64,000 nt of DNA. Origin: Escherichia phage Mt1B1_P17. The notes under the pieces were generated by a model. That model saw only the letters and a program-made list of their open reading frames with translations, was not told where the DNA came from and searched no databases. Each line of letters begins with the position of its first letter. Position 1 is the first letter of the stretch. The position numbers and the translations under genes were made by a program. The stretch lies in sequence record NC_052662.1. The stretch is one strand, 5' to 3'. Positions 1 to 8,980 of the stretch are shown here, piece by piece.

Positions 1-2
1 AT

Positions 3-347
3 TATGAAGCAGGTTTTGCACAGATTAGTAATGGTGGTAACATAAGTTATGTCGAAACACCAAACTTAAAGAATAACTTAGAAGCTTTGGAGACTTTAGT
101 AGACTACGCTTATGAACATATTCACTATTTTGGTATTAATCAGCCCGTGGATCAATGCTTTAAGTGTGGTTTTCATGGAGAATTTAAGGCAACGGCTAAA
201 GGGTTTGAGTGTCCTGATTGTGGCAACCATGAAGAAGAAACTATTTCTGTAGTTAGACGTGTATCAGGGTATCTTTCTGCCCCTAATTCACGGCCTTACA
301 ACAAAGGTAAAATGCAGGAAGTTTTGCAAAGGGAGAAACATCTTTGA
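3..347 (+). CDS. nrdD: Anaerobic ribonucleoside-triphosphate reductase NrdD, C-terminal fragment (gene starts upstream of window)
   Basis: Frame open from window edge; zinc ribbon CFKCG...CPDCG; glycyl-radical motif RRVSGY near C-terminus. Confidence 0.75.
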   Translation, partial: YEAGFAQISNGGNISYVETPNLKNNLEALETLVDYAYEHIHYFGINQPVDQCFKCGFHGEFKATAKGFECPDCGNHEEETISVVRRVSGYLSAPNSRPYNKGKMQEVLQREKHL

Positions 348-814
348 ATTTTGCAGGATATGAACCTGTAGATCTTATTAATGGTGAGGGAGTTAGGTGC
401 TCCCTCTGGGTTAGTGGTTGTAGCCACGGTTGTCGTGGCTGTTTTAACCAAAAAGCCTGGTCTTATTCTTATGGGAAACCGTTCACTCACGAAAATGTAG
501 AGCAAGTTTTAAAAGATTTGTCAAGACCGTTTGTAAAAGGTTTAACAATTTTAGGAGGAGAGCCATTAGATCCGCAGAATATTTACAATGTTAAAAACCT
601 TATAGAAAAGGTTAGAGACGTTTATGGGTCAAGCAAAGATATAATGGTGTATACAGGATATACTTTTGAGGAAGTGCCTTTGTATATTAAAAATCTTGTT
701 GACATTATTGTAGACGGAAAGTATGAAATAAACAATCCAACTACAAAACCTTTCAGAGGGTCAGATAATCAAAGATTATGGACCAAAACGGCAAGTGGTT
801 GGCAATCAGATTAA
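344..814 (+). CDS. nrdG: Anaerobic RNR activating protein (radical SAM)
   Basis: CX3CX2C cluster motif CSHGCRGC near N-terminus; start overlaps nrdD stop. Confidence 0.8.
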   Translation: MNFAGYEPVDLINGEGVRCSLWVSGCSHGCRGCFNQKAWSYSYGKPFTHENVEQVLKDLSRPFVKGLTILGGEPLDPQNIYNVKNLIEKVRDVYGSSKDIMVYTGYTFEEVPLYIKNLVDIIVDGKYEINNPTTKPFRGSDNQRLWTKTASGWQSD

Positions 815-827
815 CTTAGGAGGTTTT

Positions 828-1019
828 ATGGTTACATATTTTGCTGTAGGAGATAGAGTAGGGACGGCAGGAGAACTTTTGAAGAACAGTGATCGGGACG
901 TTAAGGACATTCTTGCAACCCTTGTGGATATTTTACAAAGAAAAGAGTTGCTTTCTGATCGAGATGTTGCTAAATTACTTGATATCGGAGGAGATGAACT
1001 TCAAAGACTTCCATTTTAA
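828..1019 (+). CDS. Hypothetical protein
   Basis: ORF with AGGAGG RBS before internal ATG at 828; track ORF 795..1019. Confidence 0.35.
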   Translation: MVTYFAVGDRVGTAGELLKNSDRDVKDILATLVDILQRKELLSDRDVAKLLDIGGDELQRLPF

Positions 1020-1034
1020 GTGAGGAGATAAGTA

Positions 1035-1640
1035 ATGCAACATAGTGTAGTAGTCAACATGCCGAATAGTGGGGATAAATCTTTTGGTGTCCCTGCTAAA
1101 AAAGTGTGGAAAGCCCATTTTCATCTTACTTTATCTAACGTTAGTTCTGAAGAGTTGATGAAAGCAGCTAAGATTATTGGTGCCAAATGCACAACAATTG
1201 ATTTACATCGGGATACAAAGTCTCAACGTGATCGTATGTTAACAAAGTATCAAAGCGATCTCGACACTACTTTAATGTTGCAGTGTGTAGAAAAACTTGA
1301 GAATGCAGGTTTCAATGTTGTTCGTTACAAACTGGAACGAATGTTTAAACATGTTGCCTGTGTTCTTTTCATGGATCTAAGTAAAGAAAATTACGGAGAA
1401 GTTCACATTAAGACTTCAGCAAGTGATCCCGAAGTAGAAACAAACTTCTTCCGTATTTCTTCTAATGCTGAAGAAATTGATTACCGATTTTATAATGCTC
1501 GCTTATATTCCGCAGAAGATAAGTTGCGTTTCAATGAAGCGTATGATATGCTCTTGAACAGTGGGATACAGATAAAAGGCTACCACATAGAACAAGTGGT
1601 AGTGGACAGTAATCTTAACTTAGACGCATGGTGGGCTTAA
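1035..1640 (+). CDS. Hypothetical protein, 201 aa
   Basis: ORF with GAGGAGA RBS; one HxTx-like motif (HLTL) but no convincing second one, so a 2H phosphoesterase call is not supported. Confidence 0.5.
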   Translation: MQHSVVVNMPNSGDKSFGVPAKKVWKAHFHLTLSNVSSEELMKAAKIIGAKCTTIDLHRDTKSQRDRMLTKYQSDLDTTLMLQCVEKLENAGFNVVRYKLERMFKHVACVLFMDLSKENYGEVHIKTSASDPEVETNFFRISSNAEEIDYRFYNARLYSAEDKLRFNEAYDMLLNSGIQIKGYHIEQVVVDSNLNLDAWWA

Positions 1641-1641
1641 T

Positions 1642-2298
1642 ATGACTATTAAACATATCTCTTTTGATGTATGGAACACACTGATCACAGCAAACTCCAA
1701 TTACGCAGACATGCGAGCCTGGACTATCGCAAAATATGGAGATATTACGGAAGTGGAAGCAAGAGCAGCTTATAAAAAGATCAAAAAGGAACTGGATAAT
1801 GCAGCACTTCAAGGCAAAGCCGAGTGTGCAGCATACGCCTGGGAAAGACTTGGTTCTGAACTTGGGATAACGCCTTGGAAGTCTGCAAAGCTTCGTTTCG
1901 AGTGTGAACAGTGGTTCCTTAAGTTTCCACCACACGTAGCCGTGGATCTGCCGATGTACTTGCTGTATCTTTCAGGGCGTTATGATTTGAGTATTAAGAG
2001 CAATACCAACTTCATATCAGGGGATATCCTGCGTCGTGCTTGTAAGTTTGATAGTTGGAATTGTTTTGAGTTCACCCATTTCTCGGATGAAGCTTTACTT
2101 TGTAAACCAGATCCGCGATTCTTTGCTCGCACGCTCACGTATTCTCCGATCCCTCTGTTAGGGCACGAAGTGTTGCACGTAGGCGATAGTGAAGAATATG
2201 ATGGAAAATGTGTTGACTTAGGATTTAACTTCTGTCATATTAAGAACCCTAACGACTTACTAGAGAAACTTAAAAGAGGAGAAATTGTAAATGCGTAA
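1642..2298 (+). CDS. HAD-superfamily hydrolase-like protein
   Basis: Motif I-like FDVWNTL (second Asp replaced by Trp), motif III KPDPRFF, motif IV GDSEEYD. Confidence 0.5.
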   Translation: MTIKHISFDVWNTLITANSNYADMRAWTIAKYGDITEVEARAAYKKIKKELDNAALQGKAECAAYAWERLGSELGITPWKSAKLRFECEQWFLKFPPHVAVDLPMYLLYLSGRYDLSIKSNTNFISGDILRRACKFDSWNCFEFTHFSDEALLCKPDPRFFARTLTYSPIPLLGHEVLHVGDSEEYDGKCVDLGFNFCHIKNPNDLLEKLKRGEIVNA

Positions 2299-3118
2299 TC
2301 AAACTCAAATTTTTGCAAATAAATTTGATGACCTGGAAACTGCTACTTTTGATATCCAAGATTATTCAAAATTAAAATTTGGTAGTAACCAAGCTGCGCG
2401 TCGTATGGGTAAAGAATTAGCACTTCAGTTTTTTGCTCAAGTGGCAATGAAACATATTGGGGAACAATTTGTTATCATTCCTTCTCCTTATAACCATGTG
2501 CATAATGCTGCAACAATGATGACAGATCATTTTATTAATTATTTTAATATGTTGCAATCACAATATGATCAAGGTCGTTCAGCAGAACTGGACATTATTC
2601 ATCGTAAAGTTAGCTATATCAACGATTATGGTTTCTTGGATAAAGCTAGTCGTAAGAAACTTATTGATGGGGATACATTCTACTGCAACAAAGAATTCTG
2701 GGGTGATAAGAAGCTTGTATTCATTGATGATGTAAATATCACTGGAACGCATGAAGACAAACTGATTGAGATCCTTGATGAAAATCAAGTTAAAAATGAT
2801 GTTTACTTCTTGTATTTTGCAAAATACGAAGGTAATCAAGCAGATACCGAAGCTAAACTGAATTTTAACTACATTAATACACCAGAAGCGTTTGTTAAAA
2901 TGATTAATGAAGAACGTGATGCACAGTGTCTTGTTCGTCCTATTAAGTATCTTATGGGCCAAAATCATGAAGACTTCAAAATCATTCTTAGCCAATTGCC
3001 ACATTACTATGTAGAGCAACTTTTCTTTGGATGTTTGGGAGAAGGTTACAACCGAATTTCAAAGTATGCTGAAAACTTTGAATTCTTGGATCGTTACACA
3101 AAACAACACATTCTGTAA
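2291..3118 (+). CDS. Phosphoribosyltransferase-like protein
   Basis: PRPP-binding-type motif VFIDDVNITGT; start overlaps HAD gene stop by 8 nt. Confidence 0.45.
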   Translation: MRNQTQIFANKFDDLETATFDIQDYSKLKFGSNQAARRMGKELALQFFAQVAMKHIGEQFVIIPSPYNHVHNAATMMTDHFINYFNMLQSQYDQGRSAELDIIHRKVSYINDYGFLDKASRKKLIDGDTFYCNKEFWGDKKLVFIDDVNITGTHEDKLIEILDENQVKNDVYFLYFAKYEGNQADTEAKLNFNYINTPEAFVKMINEERDAQCLVRPIKYLMGQNHEDFKIILSQLPHYYVEQLFFGCLGEGYNRISKYAENFEFLDRYTKQHIL

Positions 3119-3132
3119 TAAGGAGCTAAAAA

Positions 3133-3606
3133 ATGCTTAAAATGAAAAGAGGTAATCTTATTGATGCCGCTAAAGCAGGTGAAGTAACTGTTATTGCTCA
3201 TTGTTGCAACTGTATGTGTAATATGGGGGCAGGTATTGCCCCACAAATCAAACAAGCATTTCCTTACGCATATGCAGCAGACTTAGACACAATGGCTGGT
3301 GATCAAAGTAAACTAGGTTGTTTTAGTTTAGGGGTGCCAGACGAACAATCAGACCCTTTGGTATATAATCTATACGGGCAATACCGTTACGGATACAATG
3401 CTAAAGGTCGTCAGTTGGACTATGATGCACTTTACGATGCACTAATAGCTATGGCTAACGATTTGCTTCTCCGTGACCAAAAATGTAAGATCGGCTTACC
3501 TATGATTGGCGCTGGATATGCTGGAGGTAATTGGGCTATCATCCAAGTGATGATTGAAGAAACTTTAGTAAAAACAGGTCACGATGTGACTATTTATAAA
3601 CTTTAA
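3133..3606 (+). CDS. Macrodomain protein, TARG1/OARD1-like
   Basis: AHCCNCMCNMGAGIA and LPMIGAGYAGGNW...VTIY segments resemble TARG1 as recalled from memory. Confidence 0.65.
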   Translation: MLKMKRGNLIDAAKAGEVTVIAHCCNCMCNMGAGIAPQIKQAFPYAYAADLDTMAGDQSKLGCFSLGVPDEQSDPLVYNLYGQYRYGYNAKGRQLDYDALYDALIAMANDLLLRDQKCKIGLPMIGAGYAGGNWAIIQVMIEETLVKTGHDVTIYKL

Positions 3607-3618
3607 GAGGAGATTAGT

Positions 3619-3840
3619 ATGGGTGTTTTTGCAGGTATTGTTGCAGTGGTAAGCTTTTTTGTTATTGCTTTTATGCTTAGTTTGATTCCAGCTTGGTTAC
3701 TGTTGCTGGCTTACAACTATGTTGCTGAAGTTATGGGTCATGCAGATATCACTGTCCCAGTAACCTTCTGGACCGTGGTTTGTGTTTCGTTTATTCTGGC
3801 TGTATTACGAGGAATCTTTTCCTCTCATTCAACAAAATAA
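3619..3840 (+). CDS. Small membrane protein
   Basis: 73 aa, two to three hydrophobic helices; RBS GAGGAG. Confidence 0.4.
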   Translation: MGVFAGIVAVVSFFVIAFMLSLIPAWLLLLAYNYVAEVMGHADITVPVTFWTVVCVSFILAVLRGIFSSHSTK

Positions 3841-3843
3841 GTG

Positions 3844-3871
3844 TTGACATAGTTCTTAAAAAGAGTAAGAT
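3844..3871 (+). promoter_or_regulatory. Putative sigma70-like promoter upstream of TerC gene
   Basis: TTGACA, 16 nt spacer, TAAGAT. Confidence 0.35.
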
Positions 3872-3919
3872 ATATCACATGAAGCGGGGAATAGTTCCCC
3901 GCAAAGAGAGGAGAAAAGA

Positions 3920-4894
3920 ATGCAACTTGGTTTCCCAATTATTGATGTAGTTGTTTTAGTTGGTATTTTAGCATTGTCTATTGGTATTGATTTCTTTGGT
4001 CACAAAGAAAATAAAGAAATTTCATTCAAATCCGCAGTTGGTTGGTCGATCTTTTGGATTGGTGTATCATTAGCTTATTATGGTTTTGTATACTTCCAAC
4101 ATGGTGCCGATTTTGCTAACTTGTTTTTAAGTGGATATGTGTTGGAAAAATCTTTGTCGGTAGATAACTTAGTAGTATTTGTAGCAGTATTCGCAAGTTT
4201 TGGTATTAAAAGCACACACTTGCAGCACAAGATTCTACTTTGGGGTATTGCAGGTGCGATTGTCTTCCGAGGTGTGTTTGTAGCAGTAGGCACTTACTTG
4301 TTAAGTTTGGGCTGGTATGTTAATATCTTCTTCGGTGCGGTCATCCTTTTCTGTGCAGCTAAAATGGTATTTGCTGGAGATAATGACGCAGAAGTTGATT
4401 ACTCTAAACACTGGGCTACCCGTATTGTTCGTAAACTGTTCCCTGTATCTAATAAAATGGATGGGGAGAAGTTCTTCACAATCGAAAATGGTGTTCGTGT
4501 AGCAACTCCAGCTTTGGTTTGCGTATTCGTGATGGAAATGGTTGATGTAATCTTTGCAGTAGATTCTGTTCCGGCAGTGATCGCAGTAACACAAGAACCT
4601 CTGCTTGTATTCTCTTCGATGTTATGTGCAATCTTAGGTCTACGTGCTCTGTTCTTTGTTCTTAGTGTTGCACTGAAGTATCTGGTTCACTTGGAGAAAG
4701 CAGTTATTGTGGTTCTGGTGTTTGTAGGTGTTAAACTGATGTATCACCCGTTTGCAGAAACGTTACATGAAAAAATGAGCTTCCTGCCAGCGCACATTGA
4801 TCCAACTATTAGTATGTATATTGTCCTGGGCACATTAGCTCTTGGTGTTATTGCAAGCTTTATCTTCCCTGAAAAAGAAGAAGCTACTGTTTAA
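3920..4894 (+). CDS. terC: TerC-family integral membrane protein
   Basis: Multiple TM helices; signature segment YVLEKSLSVDNLVVF typical of TerC family. Confidence 0.7.
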   Translation: MQLGFPIIDVVVLVGILALSIGIDFFGHKENKEISFKSAVGWSIFWIGVSLAYYGFVYFQHGADFANLFLSGYVLEKSLSVDNLVVFVAVFASFGIKSTHLQHKILLWGIAGAIVFRGVFVAVGTYLLSLGWYVNIFFGAVILFCAAKMVFAGDNDAEVDYSKHWATRIVRKLFPVSNKMDGEKFFTIENGVRVATPALVCVFVMEMVDVIFAVDSVPAVIAVTQEPLLVFSSMLCAILGLRALFFVLSVALKYLVHLEKAVIVVLVFVGVKLMYHPFAETLHEKMSFLPAHIDPTISMYIVLGTLALGVIASFIFPEKEEATV

Positions 4895-4900
4895 TAAATG

Positions 4901-4925
4901 AGCCTCCTTCGGGAGGCTATTTTAT
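4901..4925 (+). terminator. Rho-independent terminator
   Basis: Hairpin AGCCTCC-TTCG-GGAGGCT followed by ATTTTAT. Confidence 0.6.
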
Positions 4926-4936
4926 AGGAGAGACTT

Positions 4937-5287
4937 ATGAGTAATTTTGATGAAATTCAAGAACTTGTTTGGGATTTATCTGGTGATGTGGATTACATTT
5001 CAGATTATCTTTCAAAAGTTTACCCTGGGGTAAGCGTTATGATTGTGACCAAAGATCCAATTAATTTGCCTCCTAATGTTGTAGCTTGTTGTGGAAGTGG
5101 TTCAGGAGAAGTAGAGCCTGTATCTCGTTGGGAATTAACTAAAGCTGTTTCAAAACGAAGCGGTGAAGTTTTGAATATTGATATTGAGCAAATATGGACT
5201 TCTCCAGCAGCCAAATGGAATGATCCAAATGGTTGGGATTTGTTCTTCTGGGATAATGAGACTGATGATGAGGTGTTTTTAAAATGA
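4937..5287 (+). CDS. Hypothetical protein
   Basis: ORF, 116 aa. Confidence 0.45.
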   Translation: MSNFDEIQELVWDLSGDVDYISDYLSKVYPGVSVMIVTKDPINLPPNVVACCGSGSGEVEPVSRWELTKAVSKRSGEVLNIDIEQIWTSPAAKWNDPNGWDLFFWDNETDDEVFLK

Positions 5288-5529
5288 AATACTTGTTGGT
5301 TGTGTTTGAAAATATCTGTTTTGCAATAGGGTTGTTTGTTGTAATTTTTGTATTGACAAGCGTAATCAACGGCAGTAAAGTGAGTTTATACCGAGATGGA
5401 GAGCAACTTTATTGCTTCTCTGGAGATTTCAAACACAGATGTATTAATAGCCAAAACGAGGAAAGCAAATATGAAAAAACTAGCCCTGATTTTAATTGGT
5501 TGTATCTTTTTAACAGCTTGCGAGGATGA
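5284..5529 (+). CDS. Hypothetical small membrane protein
   Basis: ORF with hydrophobic N-terminus; overlaps the lipoprotein gene start, so one of the two starts may be wrong. Confidence 0.25.
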   Translation: MKYLLVVFENICFAIGLFVVIFVLTSVINGSKVSLYRDGEQLYCFSGDFKHRCINSQNEESKYEKTSPDFNWLYLFNSLRG

Positions 5530-5908
5530 AACAAATCCTGCACAATACCAACAACCTCCTCAACAATACGCTCAACAAGGATCTGACGGAGATACAACTA
5601 TTATCAACAATGGTGGCGGTTCTAGTAGTAGCGGTGTTGGTGAGTTTGCTACAGGTATGTTGTTAGGGCATATGATGAGTGGCGGTAGTAATCGTAGCAG
5701 TGGGGATTATAACGATAACAGAACGATTATTAATAAGCATTATAATACACCTAAACCGAAAACTAATTTTTATGGTAAGCCTAAACAAGAGATAAAAACT
5801 TATGAAAAGCCGAGACAAACTTTTAAAACAAATAGTAGCTATACAACTCGTAAATCTTACAATAGCCCTTTAAGTAAAAAGAGTTCATCTCGTAGCAAGC
5901 GACGTTAA
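5471..5908 (+). CDS. Lipoprotein, low-complexity
   Basis: MKKLALILIGCIFLTAC signal peptide with lipobox; RBS GAGGAAAG; Gly/Ser-rich then basic tail. Confidence 0.45.
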   Translation: MKKLALILIGCIFLTACEDETNPAQYQQPPQQYAQQGSDGDTTIINNGGGSSSSGVGEFATGMLLGHMMSGGSNRSSGDYNDNRTIINKHYNTPKPKTNFYGKPKQEIKTYEKPRQTFKTNSSYTTRKSYNSPLSKKSSSRSKRR

Positions 5909-5922
5909 TAAGGAGAAAAACA

Positions 5923-6516
5923 ATGACAATTTCTATTCGTACTTCCATTACAGGTGTTAAAAGTTTGCCTAATGCTTTGCAAATCACACGTGCTTTGAGG
6001 GATACGTTCTCTGCTGTGGATGAGCATAAGATGCTCGATAATCTCTCAAATTGGCCCTATTTCCATTATTTTAAAAATGAAGACGACGAGTTTATAGACG
6101 CTGTTTCTTACGGTTATGATTTCGGTAAGGAGGTTTCCCCTGAAGAATTTGTAGCTACGGTGTTCCCAAACGGTTTGCCTACTCGCAGTAAACGTAAAAA
6201 AGGACCAAAAAACAAGAAACGTGCTACTAATAAAGCTACCATTTTCTTTACTGATGGCACACAATATACGATTAAAGATTTTGAAGAGGTATCTTATACA
6301 GCAGGTGGGAGTCTTTCTTTCTACACCATCAAAAAACAAAACTATACGTTCAGCCATGTTTCTAACATGATTGAAATGTTAGTAGAAGATATTGAAAGCG
6401 TGGCTGTGTTAGGTATGCATAAAAGCTTTTTAATTACAAATATTTCAGATTTCAGTGCAAGTTTATCTGGCCCTGATTTTGAAGCCACGACCACGCATTT
6501 CGCTTTTAAGGTGTAA
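5923..6516 (+). CDS. Hypothetical protein
   Basis: ORF, 197 aa; basic KRKKGPKNKKR patch. Confidence 0.45.
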   Translation: MTISIRTSITGVKSLPNALQITRALRDTFSAVDEHKMLDNLSNWPYFHYFKNEDDEFIDAVSYGYDFGKEVSPEEFVATVFPNGLPTRSKRKKGPKNKKRATNKATIFFTDGTQYTIKDFEEVSYTAGGSLSFYTIKKQNYTFSHVSNMIEMLVEDIESVAVLGMHKSFLITNISDFSASLSGPDFEATTTHFAFKV

Positions 6517-6519
6517 GTT

Positions 6520-7110
6520 ATGCATACCGAGAGAGACTTGCAACTCTTGTGGTGGGAAGTGATGCAGGAAATAAAAGAAGATTTTCCTGTTTACTACAAC
6601 ATGTTACGTGAAGCAGGATATAAAGCTTGTGTTAGAAACAAAGTGAATAACTCTTTCGGTTGGTGCAACTACCGAGATAAAATTGTTGTTGTAAATTGGC
6701 ACTTGCATAAGAACTCCACAAGAGATATGATCGTGGATACAATGAAGCACGAAATTGCTCATGCTATTGATGGTTGTATGGGTAAGTTTAGTAGACACGG
6801 TGCTCATTGGCAAAAACTGGCAGCAGAGTTAGGGGCTAATCCTAAAGCCACTTCCAAAGAGCCGTTGAACCACGAATATAAATATGTTCTTGTTCTGGTA
6901 GATAGGTTTGCGACAAGATGTGTTAGAGGTTATAATCGTAAACCTAATCGCATGTACCCAGGTAAGCAACCTAATATGTGGTTGAAATCAGATAAAGAAG
7001 GGACCGAAGGAAAATTATGGTTGTATAAATGGGACGATTGGGTTAAAGTAGCTAAAGAGTACGGTGTTTCACCATATATAAGAGATGCAGAAGAGGAGAA
7101 TGAAGAATGA
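6520..7110 (+). CDS. SprT-like zinc metallopeptidase
   Basis: HEIAHAI (HExxH) followed by GAHWQKLAAELGA, typical SprT-like arrangement. Confidence 0.55.
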   Translation: MHTERDLQLLWWEVMQEIKEDFPVYYNMLREAGYKACVRNKVNNSFGWCNYRDKIVVVNWHLHKNSTRDMIVDTMKHEIAHAIDGCMGKFSRHGAHWQKLAAELGANPKATSKEPLNHEYKYVLVLVDRFATRCVRGYNRKPNRMYPGKQPNMWLKSDKEGTEGKLWLYKWDDWVKVAKEYGVSPYIRDAEEENEE

Positions 7111-8219
7111 CAAGTCCATTTTTAAAAGCAGCTACTGGCGGTCAGAAGAAGCCTGAAATGAGCGTATTTGCTGCAACAACAGATGCAAGTAAATCTGTAT
7201 TCGCTCCAAGCGTGTTAGATGCCAGTCCTGTTTATGCACCAGCGGCACCGCAAGAAGTTCCAGTTTTGCCTTCTATGACCCGACAAGAGATCGAAGAGAT
7301 TGGGGCAGAGGCAGGAACAACCTTGCGTTCCTTGAATGCCGAGGTGTTAAAACATCAACGTAGTAATCAAGGCGATCAGATGAGTGAACGACTCACAGCT
7401 TTGATTAAACAGGCAAAACAACTTGATCCAAACTCTATTAAACAAAGCAAAGGTATTACTAAACTCATTAAAAAAGTTATGGGTATGAAAGAAGACCTGT
7501 TCGGGGAGTTTGATAATGTTAATAACCGTATTGAAGAGTTGGTAAAGAACCTTCAAATGGATATTCGCAAAGAAGAAGATTCCTTGGTATATCTTGAAAA
7601 GCTACATCAAGCTATTGGACAATATGCTGCAAGTTTGAACCGAGATATGCAGCTTCTAACAGCAACCTATGAAAAAGAAGAACAAGCTTTGGCTGCTCTT
7701 CCAGAAGATGCAGTAGAACAGCGACAAGTGATCCGAGATACTTTGGATCTCTTGGAGATTCGTATTGCAGATTTAAAAGCATTGCGCCTACTGTGTGTCC
7801 AAATGGGACCGCGTGTACAAGGTATGCAAAAAGTTTCTGCAAGCTTAATGCGATCTGCGCGTAACATAGTAAATAATGTTATTCCTGCTTACTCTGCTAA
7901 CTTCTCAATGTATATCGAGAGCTTACGTCAAATGAAAGCAGCAGAGACGCAGAATAACGTTCTTGATGAATTTAACCTGGCAATTAAACTGGGTAGCGAT
8001 CTTGCCACACAGAATCAGATCGAAGCAGCAGCACTGGCTAACCGTCAAGTGTTGGATATTGAAACTCTGCGTCACGATCAGGAAAACTTGGTTAAGATGT
8101 TGGAAGAAACTAACCGCATCAATACGGAAGCCCGTGCTGCTCGTGTTGATTATATTAATGAAGTTCAATCTCTGGAAGACGGGATGGTAGCTGCTGTGAA
8201 ACGAGGGCTTGGTAAATGA
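7107..8219 (+). CDS. TelA-like (toxic anion resistance family) protein, tentative
   Basis: About 370 aa, largely helical/coiled-coil, size and composition fit TelA; no unique motif confirmed. Confidence 0.35.
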   Translation: MTSPFLKAATGGQKKPEMSVFAATTDASKSVFAPSVLDASPVYAPAAPQEVPVLPSMTRQEIEEIGAEAGTTLRSLNAEVLKHQRSNQGDQMSERLTALIKQAKQLDPNSIKQSKGITKLIKKVMGMKEDLFGEFDNVNNRIEELVKNLQMDIRKEEDSLVYLEKLHQAIGQYAASLNRDMQLLTATYEKEEQALAALPEDAVEQRQVIRDTLDLLEIRIADLKALRLLCVQMGPRVQGMQKVSASLMRSARNIVNNVIPAYSANFSMYIESLRQMKAAETQNNVLDEFNLAIKLGSDLATQNQIEAAALANRQVLDIETLRHDQENLVKMLEETNRINTEARAARVDYINEVQSLEDGMVAAVKRGLGK

Positions 8220-8416
8220 GAATCCGTATCTATATAATTGATGAGGACATTGGTGTCCGTTATGATGACGAAAAACGATTCGCGCCGATGGGAGGTATAT
8301 ATCCCCCAAGTGTTCTAGCAGTTTGTCGTGATTGTTATATTTATGAAGGTTGTCGTAACTTCCGTAAATTCGAACTCCTTGCAGATATTGACTTCAATGA
8401 GGAGGAGGAGGAGTAA
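8216..8416 (+). CDS. Hypothetical protein with acidic C-terminus
   Basis: 66 aa ORF ending EEEEE. Confidence 0.35.
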   Translation: MRIRIYIIDEDIGVRYDDEKRFAPMGGIYPPSVLAVCRDCYIYEGCRNFRKFELLADIDFNEEEEE

Positions 8417-8589
8417 TGAAAATACTACGAGTGAATATTGAAACTGCTTGGTGTGGATGCAATGAGGTTGTGGATATCGAAATTGAAGATGATATGTCTC
8501 AAGAGGATATAGAAGATCTTGCACACGAAACCTTTCAGGATTATTGTAATTACGGGTTCCATATTTTAGAGGAGGAAGAAGATGTATAA
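8416..8589 (+). CDS. Hypothetical small protein, 57 aa
   Basis: ATG overlaps previous stop (TAATG); below the ORF-track size cutoff; found by manual translation. Confidence 0.3.
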   Translation: MKILRVNIETAWCGCNEVVDIEIEDDMSQEDIEDLAHETFQDYCNYGFHILEEEEDV

Positions 8590-8980
8590 TCCAACAGGTA
8601 TTCTTTTAAAACTTACAGTAACAGACCCTACTCTTTTCACTAAGTTAGCAAGTGGTGAAGTTTATGAAGTAATGAAAGATGGTGACGGTTGGTGTTATCT
8701 TTGTGGCTACTTCCTCTGTGATGCAGAAGAGTTAGAGTCCATTGTAACTAAAGGTTTTTATGAAGAACCAGGGTTCCGTGTGGAAACTACGCAGAAACCT
8801 GATACCATTACGCTGACTCGACAGGAACTGATCACAATCATTGAAGATGCTTTTATTGATGGCTGGAATACACAAGATAATGACTGGGGTGGACCCGAAG
8901 CTTTTCTGGAACATCATAAAGCTTATGGAGAATTTTGTGAAACCACTGTAGCTCTTGATAATCTGAAGGAGGGTTTGTAA
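8582..8980 (+). CDS. Hypothetical protein
   Basis: ORF, 132 aa; RBS GAGGAGGAAG. Confidence 0.45.
   Translation: MYNPTGILLKLTVTDPTLFTKLASGEVYEVMKDGDGWCYLCGYFLCDAEELESIVTKGFYEEPGFRVETTQKPDTITLTRQELITIIEDAFIDGWNTQDNDWGGPEAFLEHHKAYGEFCETTVALDNLKEGL

Noticed and set aside
1035-1640. 2H phosphoesterase (LigT-like) assignment for the 201-aa protein
   Set aside because: Only one HxTx-like motif (HLTL) found; the second required motif is absent, so the call is not supported
2579-3019. 146-aa minus-strand ORF
   Set aside because: Antisense inside the phosphoribosyltransferase-like gene in a plus-strand operon
2291-3118. NAD-reconstitution (Adps/PRPP-synthetase-like) role for the phosphoribosyltransferase-like gene
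   Set aside because: No NAMPT-like partner gene is present in the window and the protein is shorter than PRPP synthetase; kept only as a generic PRTase-like call
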